Of a stretch of 60,514 nucleotides of DNA, positions 1 to 10,420 are shown one piece after another. Made by a program: the position numbers and the translations under genes. Numbering within the stretch: the first letter of the stretch is position 1; each line of letters opens with the position of its first letter. The DNA lies in the IMG/VR virus record IMGVR_UViG_3300025483_000009, positions 1-60,514 of that record; one strand, given 5' to 3'. Source of the stretch: a virus (lineage: Duplodnaviria > Caudoviricetes). A model generated the notes under the pieces. It did not search any database. It was not told the DNA's origin and was given only the letters and a program-made list of their open reading frames with translations.

Positions 1-1626
1 TTGGGTAATCCCAACCTGAAAAAGGCTGGGACCCCAATACAATTTACAAAGAAGCAAATTGATGAGTGGATCAAGTGTAAGAATGATCCCATCTACTTTG
101 CGATGAACTATATAAAAATCATCTCTCTTGACGAAGGTTTGGTGCCTTTTGAGATGTATGATTTTCAAAAAAAGATTTTGAGTGATTTTCATGAGACAAG
201 ATTCAACATCGCAAAGCTCCCAAGACAAACAGGAAAGTCTACTACTGTTGTCGCTTATCTTCTTTATTATGCAATTTTTTACGATAGTGTTAATATTGGT
301 ATTCTTGCAAACAAGGCATCTACCGCTAGGGAACTGCTAGGAAGATTACAACTTGCTTACGAGAATCTACCAAAGTGGATGCAACATGGTATCCTTGTAT
401 GGAACAAAGGTAATGTCGAACTTGAGAACGGATCAAAGATTCTGGCTGCTTCTACATCTGCAAGTGCTGTCCGAGGCATGTCGTTCAATATCCTCTTCCT
501 CGATGAATTTGCGTTCGTTCCAAACCATGTTGCGGAGCAATTCTTTGCCTCTGTTTATCCTACTATTACGTCTGGTAAATCAACGAAGGTCATAATCATT
601 TCCACGCCAAATGGAATGAATCACTTCTACAAAATGTGGGAGGATGCAAGGCGTGGTAAGAATGATTATGTAACAAACGAAGTCCACTGGTCGCAGGTCC
701 CAGGAAGGGACTCTAAGTGGAAAGAAGAAACAATTAAAAACACATCACTCAGACAGTTCGCACAGGAATTTGAGTGTGACTTCCTTGGGTCTGCTGACAC
801 TCTAATCAGTCCAGCAAAACTACAGAATATACCGTTCCACGATCCGATTGCTAGCAATGCAGGACTTGATGTTTACGAAAGAGTACAAGAGGGTCACGAA
901 TATATTATTACTGTTGACGTTGCCAGAGGTATCGGTGGCGACTACAGTGCTTTCGTCGTGTTTGACATTACCACTGTTCCGTATAAAATCGTTGCGAAGT
1001 ACAGAAATAATGAAATCAAACCTGTCTTGTTTCCATCGGTAATTTTTCAGGTAGCAAAAGAATATAACAACCCATACATTCTGGTAGAAATAAATGATAT
1101 CGGTGATAGTATCGCTGCTACTCTTAACTATGATTTGGAATATCCTAATGTGCTTATGTGCGCTATGCGTGGCAGGGCAGGTCAAGTCGTCGGACAGGGA
1201 TTCTCAGGAAACAAAACACAACTAGGTGTCAAGATGAGTGTGACCGTAAAGAAAATTGGTTGCGCTAACCTCAAAGCTATTATTGAGGAAGACAAGTTAT
1301 TGTTCAACGATTTCAATATCTTCCAAGAGCTTACCACATTTGTTCAAAAGAAACAAGCATGGGAAGCAGATGAAGGATACCATGATGACCTTGTAATGTG
1401 TATGGTATTATTTGCATGGTTGGTCATGCAGGAATACTTTAAAGAGATGACCGACCAGGACATTAGAAGAAGGATCTATGAAGAACAACGCAATCAAATT
1501 GAGCAAGACATGGCTCCTTTTGGCTTTATTGATGACGGCATGGGTGACGATACCTTCGTGGATGGAGACGGAACTGTGTGGTATGGAACAACTCAGGAAG
1601 AAGTATCCTATATGTGGAACTACTAA
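1..1626 (+). CDS. g17: Terminase large subunit (5' end probably outside the window)
   Basis: Walker A-like PRQTGKS, Walker B LFLDEFAF, RNase H-type nuclease motifs TVDVARG and HDDLVM; directly upstream of tail sheath as in T4. Confidence 0.97.
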   Translation: MGNPNLKKAGTPIQFTKKQIDEWIKCKNDPIYFAMNYIKIISLDEGLVPFEMYDFQKKILSDFHETRFNIAKLPRQTGKSTTVVAYLLYYAIFYDSVNIGILANKASTARELLGRLQLAYENLPKWMQHGILVWNKGNVELENGSKILAASTSASAVRGMSFNILFLDEFAFVPNHVAEQFFASVYPTITSGKSTKVIIISTPNGMNHFYKMWEDARRGKNDYVTNEVHWSQVPGRDSKWKEETIKNTSLRQFAQEFECDFLGSADTLISPAKLQNIPFHDPIASNAGLDVYERVQEGHEYIITVDVARGIGGDYSAFVVFDITTVPYKIVAKYRNNEIKPVLFPSVIFQVAKEYNNPYILVEINDIGDSIAATLNYDLEYPNVLMCAMRGRAGQVVGQGFSGNKTQLGVKMSVTVKKIGCANLKAIIEEDKLLFNDFNIFQELTTFVQKKQAWEADEGYHDDLVMCMVLFAWLVMQEYFKEMTDQDIRRRIYEEQRNQIEQDMAPFGFIDDGMGDDTFVDGDGTVWYGTTQEEVSYMWNY

Positions 1627-1850
1627 TGGATATTGGAGATCAATTCAGTCTGGAGCATCTGCTGTTCACTGAACGCAAGTGTAGAACTTGTGGTAAAAGC
1701 AAAGATCTCCTAACAGATTTTTATTTGGTTCGTAAGCATAAAAAAAGTATGCGATCTGCATACTCATACGAATGCAAGCAATGCACAAAAAAACGAATAC
1801 TCAGTGCAAGAAAAACTGACCCCGACAGGTGGGGATATCCTGACTGGTAG
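1626..1850 (+). CDS. Small zinc-finger protein (CxxC...CxxC)
   Basis: ATG overlaps g17 stop (TAATG); CRTC and CKQC pairs resemble the N-terminal Zn finger of endonuclease VII-like proteins. Confidence 0.7.
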   Translation: MDIGDQFSLEHLLFTERKCRTCGKSKDLLTDFYLVRKHKKSMRSAYSYECKQCTKKRILSARKTDPDRWGYPDW

Positions 1851-1891
1851 TATGTTCATGCATGGTTTCCCCGCTGAAATTGTCCTAAACA

Positions 1892-1898
1892 ATAAATA
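1892..1898 (+). promoter_or_regulatory. T4-type late promoter for g18
   Basis: ATAAATA in the intergenic gap, followed by AGGAG RBS and ATG 1936. Confidence 0.7.
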
Positions 1899-1935
1899 AT
1901 TTCAGGTTAATTGGATATTCTATAGGAGTCTAAAC

Positions 1936-4335
1936 ATGGCAAGTCAAGTCTCGCCTGGTGTTGTTCTTAGAGAACGCGACCTATCGAACGCTGTTGTTGT
2001 AAATACAACCAGCATTGTTGGCGCATTCGCTTCCACATTCCAAAAAGGTCCTGTTGGAGAGGTAAGAACTATCTCTTCTCAGAAAGATCTACTAGAAACT
2101 TTCGGTAAACCCGTCGATGCTAACGCAGAAGACTGGTTTGTAGCATCGGAATTCTTGGGATATGGCGGACAACTGGCGGTCGTCAGAGCAGAAACTGGCG
2201 CTCTCAACGCAACTGACGACGGGGTAGCACTCTTAGTCAAGAACGATGCAGATTGGGAAGGTGGTACAGGTACATCTAAAAAATTCGTAGCACGCTCCGC
2301 TGGTCTCTGGGGTAATTCCCTTAAGGCAGTTGTCGTAGACGCTGGTGCTGACCAGTATGTCACTTTCGGCGCTGCACCTGCAGGCATCGGCGTTGGCGAT
2401 TCTATCACATTTACTGGTGGCGTAACTGCTAAGGTTCTTAGCTACAACGCTGCTACTCTTACTGCTGCTGTTGTGCTTGCTGCTGGTGCTGCAAGACTAA
2501 CAACTGCAGACACACTCGACACTCCTGATACTGGTGTCGCTGCATCTACCACTGGTCTCGTCGGTGGCACTGGATACCAAGCAGCAACTAGTGTTGCAAC
2601 CACAGGTGGTTCGGGAACAGGTTTGACTGTTGACACTGCAGTTTCTGCTGGTGTTCCTCAGGCAATCACCCTGACCTCTGGTGGTACAACCTACGCTACT
2701 GGTGCTAATATTGCAACCTCTGGTGGATCTGGTAGTGGTCTAACCGTTGATGTTGTTGTTGCTGCTGGTGTTATCCAAACAATTGCAATCAACTCCCCTG
2801 GATCTGGTTACCTTGTTGGTGATACTGTCACTGTTGTTGGTGGTGGTTCTAACGGTACTTTCACAGTTGATATTGTTGAGGGTCCTGTAACTGGAGTTAT
2901 CATTAATGCAGGTGGCGTTGGTTATCTGGTTGGAGATACAATCACCGTTACTGGTGGTGGTTCTGATGCAACCTTTGAGGTTGCTAGCGTAACCGATACC
3001 GCAATTGCACTAACCGCTGTTAGTGACTGGTACACCAACACAATCATTCCTGGCACAACTCTAACACTTGCTGCTATTGGTCCTCGCCCTGGCACATCTG
3101 CATATGCATCTGCTCGTAGTATCAGCAAGGACGAAGTTCACGTTGCTATCATCGACACCACAGGTAATGTCTCTGGTGCTGCTGACACAATTGTAGAGCG
3201 TCTGACATATCTCTCCAAACTATCTGATGGCAAGTCTGCAGAAGGTGCTAACACCTACTACAAGTCTGTAATCAACGATCAGTCTGACTATCTCTATCAC
3301 GGTGCTGCACTTGCAACCGTTGTTTCTGGTGCTGCATGGAATGCCGAGTCTGGTTCCACCTCTGGTGAGATGGGTCTAGTTGGCGTGAGCGGAACTGATC
3401 TTTCTGGTGGTCTTGATGACTATGAGTACACCGCTGGTGAAATCTCTGGTGCATATGATGAGTTTGCTGACTCTGAAAGTGTCAATGCTGACTTCATCCT
3501 AATGGGTGGTTCTCTTGCTAATGAGGCAGATACTAAAGTCAAGGCACTCAAGGCAATTGCTATTGCTGCAGGTCGCAGAGACTCTATCGCATTCGTTTCT
3601 CCACACAAAGGAAACCAAATCGGTGCTGCTGGTGCTCTAACTACCAATGAGCAGAAAGAAAGAACTCTGGCATTCTTTGATGGAATGACCTCCACATCTT
3701 TCGCAGTATTCGATAGCGGTTACAAGTACATGTACGACCGCTTCAATGACAAGTATCGCTATGTACCTTGCAACGGTGATGTTGCTGGTTTGTGCGTGAA
3801 CACTTCTGCTGTTCTAGATGACTGGTTCTCCCCTGCTGGACTCAACAGAGGTGGACTTCGTAACGCAGTAAAACTAGCATACAACCCAACCAAGGCAGAC
3901 AGAGACGAACTGTATTCTGCAAGAATCAACCCAATCGTCTCCATGTCTGGTAGCGGCATTGTTCTATTTGGTGACAAGACTGCACTGGCTTCGCCATCTG
4001 CATTCGACCGCATCAATGTTCGTCGTCTCTTCCTCAACATTGAGAAGAGAGTTGAAGGACTTGCTAAGGGCGTTCTCTTTGAACTCAATGATGAACTCAC
4101 CCGTGGAAACTTCTCTGCTGCAGTTAATGCATACCTAAGTGAAGTTCAAGCAAGACAGGGACTCCAAGATTACTTGGTCGTCTGTGATACTTCCAACAAC
4201 ACACCTGATGTAATTGATCGCAATGAGTTTGTTGCAGAACTATTCCTGAAACCAACTCGTTCTATTAACTATGTAACAGTAACCTTCACAGCAACTAGAA
4301 CTGGTGTCTCGTTCGCTGAAGTCGTAGGACGCTGA
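1936..4335 (+). CDS. g18: Contractile tail sheath protein
   Basis: N-terminal SPGV motif; C-terminal WFSPAG, RINPI, FDRINVRRLF; synteny. Confidence 0.97.
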   Translation: MASQVSPGVVLRERDLSNAVVVNTTSIVGAFASTFQKGPVGEVRTISSQKDLLETFGKPVDANAEDWFVASEFLGYGGQLAVVRAETGALNATDDGVALLVKNDADWEGGTGTSKKFVARSAGLWGNSLKAVVVDAGADQYVTFGAAPAGIGVGDSITFTGGVTAKVLSYNAATLTAAVVLAAGAARLTTADTLDTPDTGVAASTTGLVGGTGYQAATSVATTGGSGTGLTVDTAVSAGVPQAITLTSGGTTYATGANIATSGGSGSGLTVDVVVAAGVIQTIAINSPGSGYLVGDTVTVVGGGSNGTFTVDIVEGPVTGVIINAGGVGYLVGDTITVTGGGSDATFEVASVTDTAIALTAVSDWYTNTIIPGTTLTLAAIGPRPGTSAYASARSISKDEVHVAIIDTTGNVSGAADTIVERLTYLSKLSDGKSAEGANTYYKSVINDQSDYLYHGAALATVVSGAAWNAESGSTSGEMGLVGVSGTDLSGGLDDYEYTAGEISGAYDEFADSESVNADFILMGGSLANEADTKVKALKAIAIAAGRRDSIAFVSPHKGNQIGAAGALTTNEQKERTLAFFDGMTSTSFAVFDSGYKYMYDRFNDKYRYVPCNGDVAGLCVNTSAVLDDWFSPAGLNRGGLRNAVKLAYNPTKADRDELYSARINPIVSMSGSGIVLFGDKTALASPSAFDRINVRRLFLNIEKRVEGLAKGVLFELNDELTRGNFSAAVNAYLSEVQARQGLQDYLVVCDTSNNTPDVIDRNEFVAELFLKPTRSINYVTVTFTATRTGVSFAEVVGR

Positions 4336-4376
4336 TTTTAAACCGTTACACTAAATAGTTCAAAGAGGTTAAACAA

Positions 4377-4952
4377 ATGGCAATTACTAGTAACGTCGAA
4401 GGATTCTTGCAAAAGGTTCAGCATGGCGTTAGACCGAATATGTTTGAAGTGGGGATCACATTCCCCACTGGGATTACTCCCGAAGGTGGTCTTGTAAACA
4501 TGCTGTGCAAATCTGCTGCACTTCCTGCTTCTAGCGTTGGAACAATTGAGGTTCCTTTCCGTGGTAGAACAGTTAAGATTGCGGGAGACCGTACATTTGA
4601 TAACTGGACCGCAACCTTCATCGTTGATGAAGGCATGAAGATTCGTGCTTACTTTGAGAAGTGGCTCGATCTCATCAACTCCCATGAAGACAACACTGGA
4701 CAACTCTTCCGTCCTTCTGGTGCTGACGCATTTGCTAAAGATGTATATGTCACACAGAAGAGAAAGGATGACAGTGCTGGTGGTGCAGATCTCAGAAAGT
4801 ATCATCTGTGGTATGCATTCCCAACTAGCGTTTCTCAGATCGATCTTGCTTATGACAGCAACGATCAGATTGAAGAGTTCAGTGTTGAGTTCCAGTATTC
4901 TTACTGGACCGTAGACGAGGGTGGAGAAGCTGGCATCACTGTCGGCACCTGA
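4377..4952 (+). CDS. g19: Tail tube protein
   Basis: RPNMFEV, FRGRTVKIAGDRTF, IEEFSVEFQY; TAAATA late promoter at 4352. Confidence 0.96.
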   Translation: MAITSNVEGFLQKVQHGVRPNMFEVGITFPTGITPEGGLVNMLCKSAALPASSVGTIEVPFRGRTVKIAGDRTFDNWTATFIVDEGMKIRAYFEKWLDLINSHEDNTGQLFRPSGADAFAKDVYVTQKRKDDSAGGADLRKYHLWYAFPTSVSQIDLAYDSNDQIEEFSVEFQYSYWTVDEGGEAGITVGT

Positions 4953-5007
4953 TTTATCATTTTCTAGGATGACTAAATAGTCATACTAGTCGTTGAGCGA
5001 TTAAATA

Positions 5008-6708
5008 ATGAGTCAGCTATTTGGATTTCAAATTAACAGAAAGGAGGGAAAGAAGGGTCAGTCCCCTGTCCCTCCTTCTGCTGACGAGCCCGTTGCAGTT
5101 GCTGCAGGGGGCTATTTTGGTACGTATGTAGATCTTGATAATAACGGCAGGGACGAGTTTGAACTTGTCCGTCGCTATCGTGACATGGCACTACACCCCG
5201 AGGTTGATAGTGCTGTTGATGAAGTTGTGAACGAGTTTGTTGTTAGCGATAACAATGACAGTTGTGTTGATATTAATCTTGAAAATCTAGACACTGGTGC
5301 TGGAGTCAAGAAAAAAATTCGTGATGAATTTGATTACATTAAAAGACTTCTAAACTTTGATAATCGCTCACATGAGATTATCAGAAACTGGTATGTAGAC
5401 GGTAGACTATTCTACCACAAGGTTATTGATCTAGAGAATCCTAAAAAGGGCATCCTTGAGTTGCGCTATATTGATCCTCTCAAGATCAAAAAGATTAGAC
5501 AAAAACTAAAGTCAGGTCCTGGTAGATCACTCACACCTGCAGAACAACAGTCTGCTAAGGTATATGAGTGGGGTGAATATGTAGATTACTATCTGTACAA
5601 TCCACGCGGATACATTCGTGGTGGTGCTTTAGGTCCAGTTGGAGATATGTCCAACAACCAAGGCATTAAAATTGCAGTAGACTCTATTACATTTTGTTCT
5701 TCTGGTCTTCAAGATCTAAACAAAAGACTTACACTAAGTTTCCTACACAAAGCAATCAAGTCTCTCAATCAACTTAGAATGATTGAAGACGCTTTGGTTA
5801 TCTACAGATTGTCTCGCGCACCTGAGCGTCGCATCTTCTACATCGATGTTGGCAATCTACCTAAAGTCAAAGCGGAACAGTATCTCCGTGATGTGATGGC
5901 ACGCTATCGTAACAAACTAGTTTACGATGCCAGCACTGGAGAGATTCGTGACGACAAAAAGCACATGAGTATGCTTGAGGATTTCTGGTTGCCTCGTAGA
6001 GAGGGTGGTCGTGGTACTGAAATTACTACGCTGCCTGGAGGACAGAACCTTGGCGAACTTAAGGATGTTGAGTATTTTAAAAAGAAACTTTTCAACTCAC
6101 TCAACCTACCACCTTCCCGTCTCACAGACGACAATAAAGGATTCAATCTTGGTAAAACCACTGAAGTTCTCCGTGACGAACTTAAGTTTACCAAGTTCAT
6201 TGGTCGTCTCCGTAAGCGATTCAGTGAGATGTTCCATGACATGCTCAAGACGCAACTCATCCTCAAGGGAGTAATCTCCCCTGAAGATTGGGATGATATG
6301 AAGGAGCATATTCAGTATGACTATCTCTTTGACAATCATTTCAACGAACTAAAGGAACTTGAGATGACTACACAGCGCATGGCGCTAGTCACTCAAATGG
6401 ATCCATTCGTTGGTAAGTATTTCTCCATCGAACACATTCGTAAGAACATCCTTGTGCAGTCTGAGAACGACTTTAAGGAGATTGATAAGCAGATGAACTC
6501 TGAGATTAATTCTGGACTTGCTATGAATCCTGCCGATGTCAATACATTTGACATGATGGATCGTCAAAATACAGCATTCCAACCAGAGATTCAAGCACAA
6601 CAAGCTGATGATGCTCACTCTAGAGAACAAGAAAAAGCGGACGACGCACATCAAAAACAACTTGACATGGTAAAGGCACAACCTAAACCTTCGAGTAATA
6701 CTAAATAA
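5008..6708 (+). CDS. g20: Portal vertex protein
   Basis: IYRLSRAPERRIFYIDVGNLPK and EDFWLPRREGGRGTEI (the cyanophage g20 marker region); TAAATA at 4974. Confidence 0.98.
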   Translation: MSQLFGFQINRKEGKKGQSPVPPSADEPVAVAAGGYFGTYVDLDNNGRDEFELVRRYRDMALHPEVDSAVDEVVNEFVVSDNNDSCVDINLENLDTGAGVKKKIRDEFDYIKRLLNFDNRSHEIIRNWYVDGRLFYHKVIDLENPKKGILELRYIDPLKIKKIRQKLKSGPGRSLTPAEQQSAKVYEWGEYVDYYLYNPRGYIRGGALGPVGDMSNNQGIKIAVDSITFCSSGLQDLNKRLTLSFLHKAIKSLNQLRMIEDALVIYRLSRAPERRIFYIDVGNLPKVKAEQYLRDVMARYRNKLVYDASTGEIRDDKKHMSMLEDFWLPRREGGRGTEITTLPGGQNLGELKDVEYFKKKLFNSLNLPPSRLTDDNKGFNLGKTTEVLRDELKFTKFIGRLRKRFSEMFHDMLKTQLILKGVISPEDWDDMKEHIQYDYLFDNHFNELKELEMTTQRMALVTQMDPFVGKYFSIEHIRKNILVQSENDFKEIDKQMNSEINSGLAMNPADVNTFDMMDRQNTAFQPEIQAQQADDAHSREQEKADDAHQKQLDMVKAQPKPSSNTK

Positions 6709-6728
6709 ATTATAGTGTGATTAATATC

Positions 6729-6941
6729 ATGGCAGATCAAGTTAACCCTGAATCTGAAGTTGTGGACATCGTTACAGCAATTTCAGACAATAAAAGATCG
6801 GAAGCAATTGATGCTATCCAAGATCTTTTGTATGCTAAAGCGTCTGATGCTATGACAGCATACAAGCAAGTCGTCGCAAAGACGTACTTTGATGAACCAG
6901 TAGGAGAAACTCCAAATGAAACTGATAACGGAACAGATTGA
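6729..6941 (+). CDS. Small acidic prohead core protein (gp67/gp68 position)
   Basis: Acidic 70-aa ORF between g20 and g21; TAAATA at 6702. Confidence 0.6.
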   Translation: MADQVNPESEVVDIVTAISDNKRSEAIDAIQDLLYAKASDAMTAYKQVVAKTYFDEPVGETPNETDNGTD

Positions 6942-7560
6942 AAATGTAAAGGTTATCACCGAAGGTGCAGGTGATAGCAAAAAACTTTATATCGAAGGCG
7001 TATTCCTTCAGTCTGAACTGAAGAATCGTAACGGAAGAGTCTATCCTTTTTCCGTATTGGAAAGAGAGGTTAATCGTTACAATGAAGAGTACATTTCTAC
7101 GAAGCGTGCTCTAGGTGAACTTGGTCACCCAGATGGACCTACTGTAAATCTGGACCGTGTGTCCCATAGAATCATGTCTCTCAAAGCAGAGGGTACTAAC
7201 TTCATGGGTAAAGCACAAATCCTAGATACCCCAATGGGTAGAATTGCTAAGTCTCTATTAGACGAAGGTGTTCAACTTGGTGTTTCTTCCCGAGGCATGG
7301 GTAGTATCGATAAGCAAGAAGGTGTTAGCTATGTCAGAGATGACTTCATGCTTGCTACTGCTGCTGATATTGTAGCAGATCCTTCTGCGCCAGACGCTTT
7401 TGTCAATGGCATCATGGAAGGCAAAGAGTGGGTATGGGACAATGGAATCCTTAAAGAGTCCAAAGTTGCTAAATACCAAAGATACATGAGCGAGTCTACT
7501 CGCCGCAATCTGGAGGAAAGAACACTTCAAGTGTTCGAGAATTTCCTCGCGGGGTTGTAA
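6916..7560 (+). CDS. g21: Prohead maturation protease
   Basis: ALGELGHP, VSSRGMGS, DIVADPSAPDAFV. Confidence 0.97.
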   Translation: MKLITEQIENVKVITEGAGDSKKLYIEGVFLQSELKNRNGRVYPFSVLEREVNRYNEEYISTKRALGELGHPDGPTVNLDRVSHRIMSLKAEGTNFMGKAQILDTPMGRIAKSLLDEGVQLGVSSRGMGSIDKQEGVSYVRDDFMLATAADIVADPSAPDAFVNGIMEGKEWVWDNGILKESKVAKYQRYMSESTRRNLEERTLQVFENFLAGL

Positions 7561-7562
7561 TC

Positions 7563-7570
7563 TATAAATA
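7563..7570 (+). promoter_or_regulatory. T4 late promoter for g22-g23
   Basis: Exact TATAAATA upstream of g22. Confidence 0.8.
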
Positions 7571-7605
7571 AAGATATAATCATAACATTTACGGGAAGAC
7601 TCAAA

Positions 7606-8763
7606 ATGTCAGATATGTTAAACGAAAAGTTTGAGGAGTTTCTGGGCGAGCAGCAGGTCGTTATGGAAGCGGGAGCACAGGATCCCATGCCTAGTGTTAC
7701 TGCCACAGTAATTCCTGGTACAGGTTCAGATCCCTCAGCCGTTTCGGGTGATCCACAGCAACGCGGCGGTGGAAAAGATCCTATGCCAACCGTCCCTCCT
7801 TCTGTAGCAAACGGTCAGTCTGTTACTGATTTAGGTGGTTCGCAATCCAAACCTCTCCATAGCAACAAAGAAGAAGGTGAGGAAAATCCTGGCGCTAAAG
7901 CATCTGCTCCTGTTTCTCAGGACGGCAGCGTAACATCTACCTCTGGTAAACCAGGCAAAGATCCACAACCTTCTGTCGGTGCTGAAGTATCTTATGGCAC
8001 CAAAAAAGGTCCTGATGTTGCATATCCAATCAAGCCTTCCTTTGAGGAAGTTGATCTTTCCGCAGATGTTAACGCTCTCCTAGAGGGCACCGAACTCACC
8101 GAAGAGTTTGCCGAAAAAGCTACGACTATTTTTGAAGCAGCAGTTAAGGCAAAACTCTCCGAAGAGTATGACAGACTTGTAGAACACTTTGCTACCGAAC
8201 TCGACAAGCAACTCGCTGAAGCTAAAGCTGAGATGTCTGAAGAGGTTAATGGCACTGTGAACTACGCTATTGGTCAATGGGTTGAACAAAACCAAGTTGC
8301 TATTGACCGTGGCATCAGAAATGAGATCACTACAGACTTCATCGCAGGTCTCAAGGGTCTCTTTGAAGAGCACTACATCTCTATTCCCGACGAGAAAGTC
8401 GATGTTGTAGAGGGTATGGCTGAATCGATTCGTGAAATGGAAGAGCGCCTAGACGAACAGGTCAAGGCTAATGTGAAACTACAGAATCGTCTTAATGAAT
8501 CTGCAAAAGCGATCATCGTGAAAGAAATTTCCGAGGGTCTTGTAGATACACAGAAAGACAAACTAGCTGCTCTCGCTGAGGGTGTTGACTTTGTTTCTGA
8601 GGAAGAATTTTCTAAGAAACTCACCACCATCAAAGAGTCTTACTTCCCTAAAGAAAAGACTACTGTCAGCGAAGTATCTGATGAGACACCAGTTGAGTCC
8701 GAGGCACAGTCTCCAGCAATGGCGGCATACCTGCAGGCACTCTCCCGCTGGTCTAATAATTGA
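7606..8763 (+). CDS. g22: Prohead core scaffold protein
   Basis: Acidic coiled-coil; TIFEAAV, LFEEHYI, IKESYF; between g21 and g23. Confidence 0.93.
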   Translation: MSDMLNEKFEEFLGEQQVVMEAGAQDPMPSVTATVIPGTGSDPSAVSGDPQQRGGGKDPMPTVPPSVANGQSVTDLGGSQSKPLHSNKEEGEENPGAKASAPVSQDGSVTSTSGKPGKDPQPSVGAEVSYGTKKGPDVAYPIKPSFEEVDLSADVNALLEGTELTEEFAEKATTIFEAAVKAKLSEEYDRLVEHFATELDKQLAEAKAEMSEEVNGTVNYAIGQWVEQNQVAIDRGIRNEITTDFIAGLKGLFEEHYISIPDEKVDVVEGMAESIREMEERLDEQVKANVKLQNRLNESAKAIIVKEISEGLVDTQKDKLAALAEGVDFVSEEEFSKKLTTIKESYFPKEKTTVSEVSDETPVESEAQSPAMAAYLQALSRWSNN

Positions 8764-8802
8764 TATCACTAATCTAAAGAGCAAACAACGGAGTAAACTA
8801 AA

Positions 8803-10188
8803 ATGTTTAACGCACAAGCTCTAACGGAAAAGTGGGCACCTGTTCTAGGTCATGAGAGCGCAGGCTCTATCAAAGACAATTATAGAAAGGCTGTTACCGC
8901 TGTTCTGTTAGAAAACCAAGAGAGATTCATGCGCGAAGAGCGTGGAATGCTCAACGAAGCAGGTGGCGCTGCAGGAAACATCGCTGGCGCTATCGGTGGT
9001 AACGCACTATCTGGTTCGGGTCTAACCACCCAAACTGGCGGTCTTGCAGGTTTCGATCCTGTAATGATCAGCCTTATCCGTCGTGCAATGCCTAACCTAG
9101 TTGCATATGACATCTGTGGTGTCCAGCCTATGTCTGGTCCTACAGGTCTCATCTTCGCAATGAAGTCGCACTACGAAGGTCGTGGCGGTGCTGAAGCACT
9201 CTACAACGAGCCCGACAGCGACTTCTCTGCAGGTTATGATGCATCTGCAAACGCATACGACACAGCAAATCCAGTTGCAGGTAGCAACCCTGGTCTCCTC
9301 AACAACAGCGGTACTTACGATCGTGGCGTTAAGCCCATGGCTCGTGAAGATGCTGAGGCACTCGGAGAAAGCGGAAAGCTCTTCAGAGAAATGTCGTTCA
9401 GCATTGAGAAGACTTCTGTGACTGCACAGTCCAGAGCTCTCAAGGCAGAATACACCCTGGAACTGGCACAGGACCTTAAGGCAATTCATGGTCTTGATGC
9501 TGAGCAAGAGCTCGCTAACATTCTGTCTAGCGAGATCCTTGCTGAGATCAACCGTGAAGTTGTTAGAACTGTCTACACCATCGCTAAGCCTGGTGCTCAG
9601 AACAACACTGCTAACGCAGGTCGCTTCGACCTCGATGTTGACTCCAACGGTCGTTGGTCGGTTGAGAAATTCAAGGGACTCATGTTCCAGATTGAGCGCG
9701 ACGCTAACGCAATCGCTCAAGAGACTCGTAGAGGAAAGGGCAACTTCATCATCACATCTGCTGATGTTGCTTCTGCACTCGCTATGTCTGGTACGCTTGA
9801 CTACACCTCTGGTCTAACTGGTGCTGGTGGTCCTTCCATCGGTGAAGTTGATGACACTGGTAACCTCCTTGTCGGCACCATGAACGGCAGAATCAAGGTC
9901 TTCGTTGATCCTTACTCTGCTAACGTTTCTAACACCCACTACTACGTAGTTGGTTATAAGGGTTCTTCCCCATATGACGCAGGTCTATTCTACTGCCCAT
10001 ATGTTCCCCTCCAGATGGTCCGTTCGATCGGTCCTGACACCTTCCAGCCCAAGATTGGCTTTAAGACCCGCTACGGCATGGTCGCAAACCCATTCGTTGT
10101 ACAGTCTAACGGTACACCTGATGCTGAAGCACTTACCGCTTCCCGCAACCAGTATTACCGTCGTGTTCTGGTTGAAAACCTCATGTGA
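8803..10188 (+). CDS. g23: Major capsid protein
   Basis: GVQPMSGPTGLIFAM, SRALKAEYTLELAQDLKAIHGLDAE, FQPKIGFKTRYG. Confidence 0.99.
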   Translation: MFNAQALTEKWAPVLGHESAGSIKDNYRKAVTAVLLENQERFMREERGMLNEAGGAAGNIAGAIGGNALSGSGLTTQTGGLAGFDPVMISLIRRAMPNLVAYDICGVQPMSGPTGLIFAMKSHYEGRGGAEALYNEPDSDFSAGYDASANAYDTANPVAGSNPGLLNNSGTYDRGVKPMAREDAEALGESGKLFREMSFSIEKTSVTAQSRALKAEYTLELAQDLKAIHGLDAEQELANILSSEILAEINREVVRTVYTIAKPGAQNNTANAGRFDLDVDSNGRWSVEKFKGLMFQIERDANAIAQETRRGKGNFIITSADVASALAMSGTLDYTSGLTGAGGPSIGEVDDTGNLLVGTMNGRIKVFVDPYSANVSNTHYYVVGYKGSSPYDAGLFYCPYVPLQMVRSIGPDTFQPKIGFKTRYGMVANPFVVQSNGTPDAEALTASRNQYYRRVLVENLM

Positions 10189-10210
10189 TATTGGTTCACA
10201 ATTCAACACA

Positions 10211-10235
10211 AGGCACCCCTCGGGGTGCCTTTTTT
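10211..10235 (+). terminator. Rho-independent terminator after g23
   Basis: AGGCACCC-CTCG-GGGTGCCT stem-loop followed by a T run. Confidence 0.9.
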
Positions 10236-10267
10236 ATTAAATAGACATATATTACATAAGGTTGAGT

Positions 10268-10420
10268 ATGAAATCACATATGCAGTATTTAATTTGGGCA
10301 TCTGTTGTCGCACAACTACAAAAAACTGGCGAAACTCATTCTCCTTATTATAATACAGCATATGGCAAAATGAAACTCAACGAACCATCGCAAAATGCTA
10401 ATGAGAGGTCAAGTAACTAA
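10268..10420 (+). CDS. Hypothetical 50-aa protein (not in the ORF track)
   Basis: MKSHMQYLIWASVVAQLQK...; follows TAAATA at 10238. Confidence 0.5.
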   Translation: MKSHMQYLIWASVVAQLQKTGETHSPYYNTAYGKMKLNEPSQNANERSSN

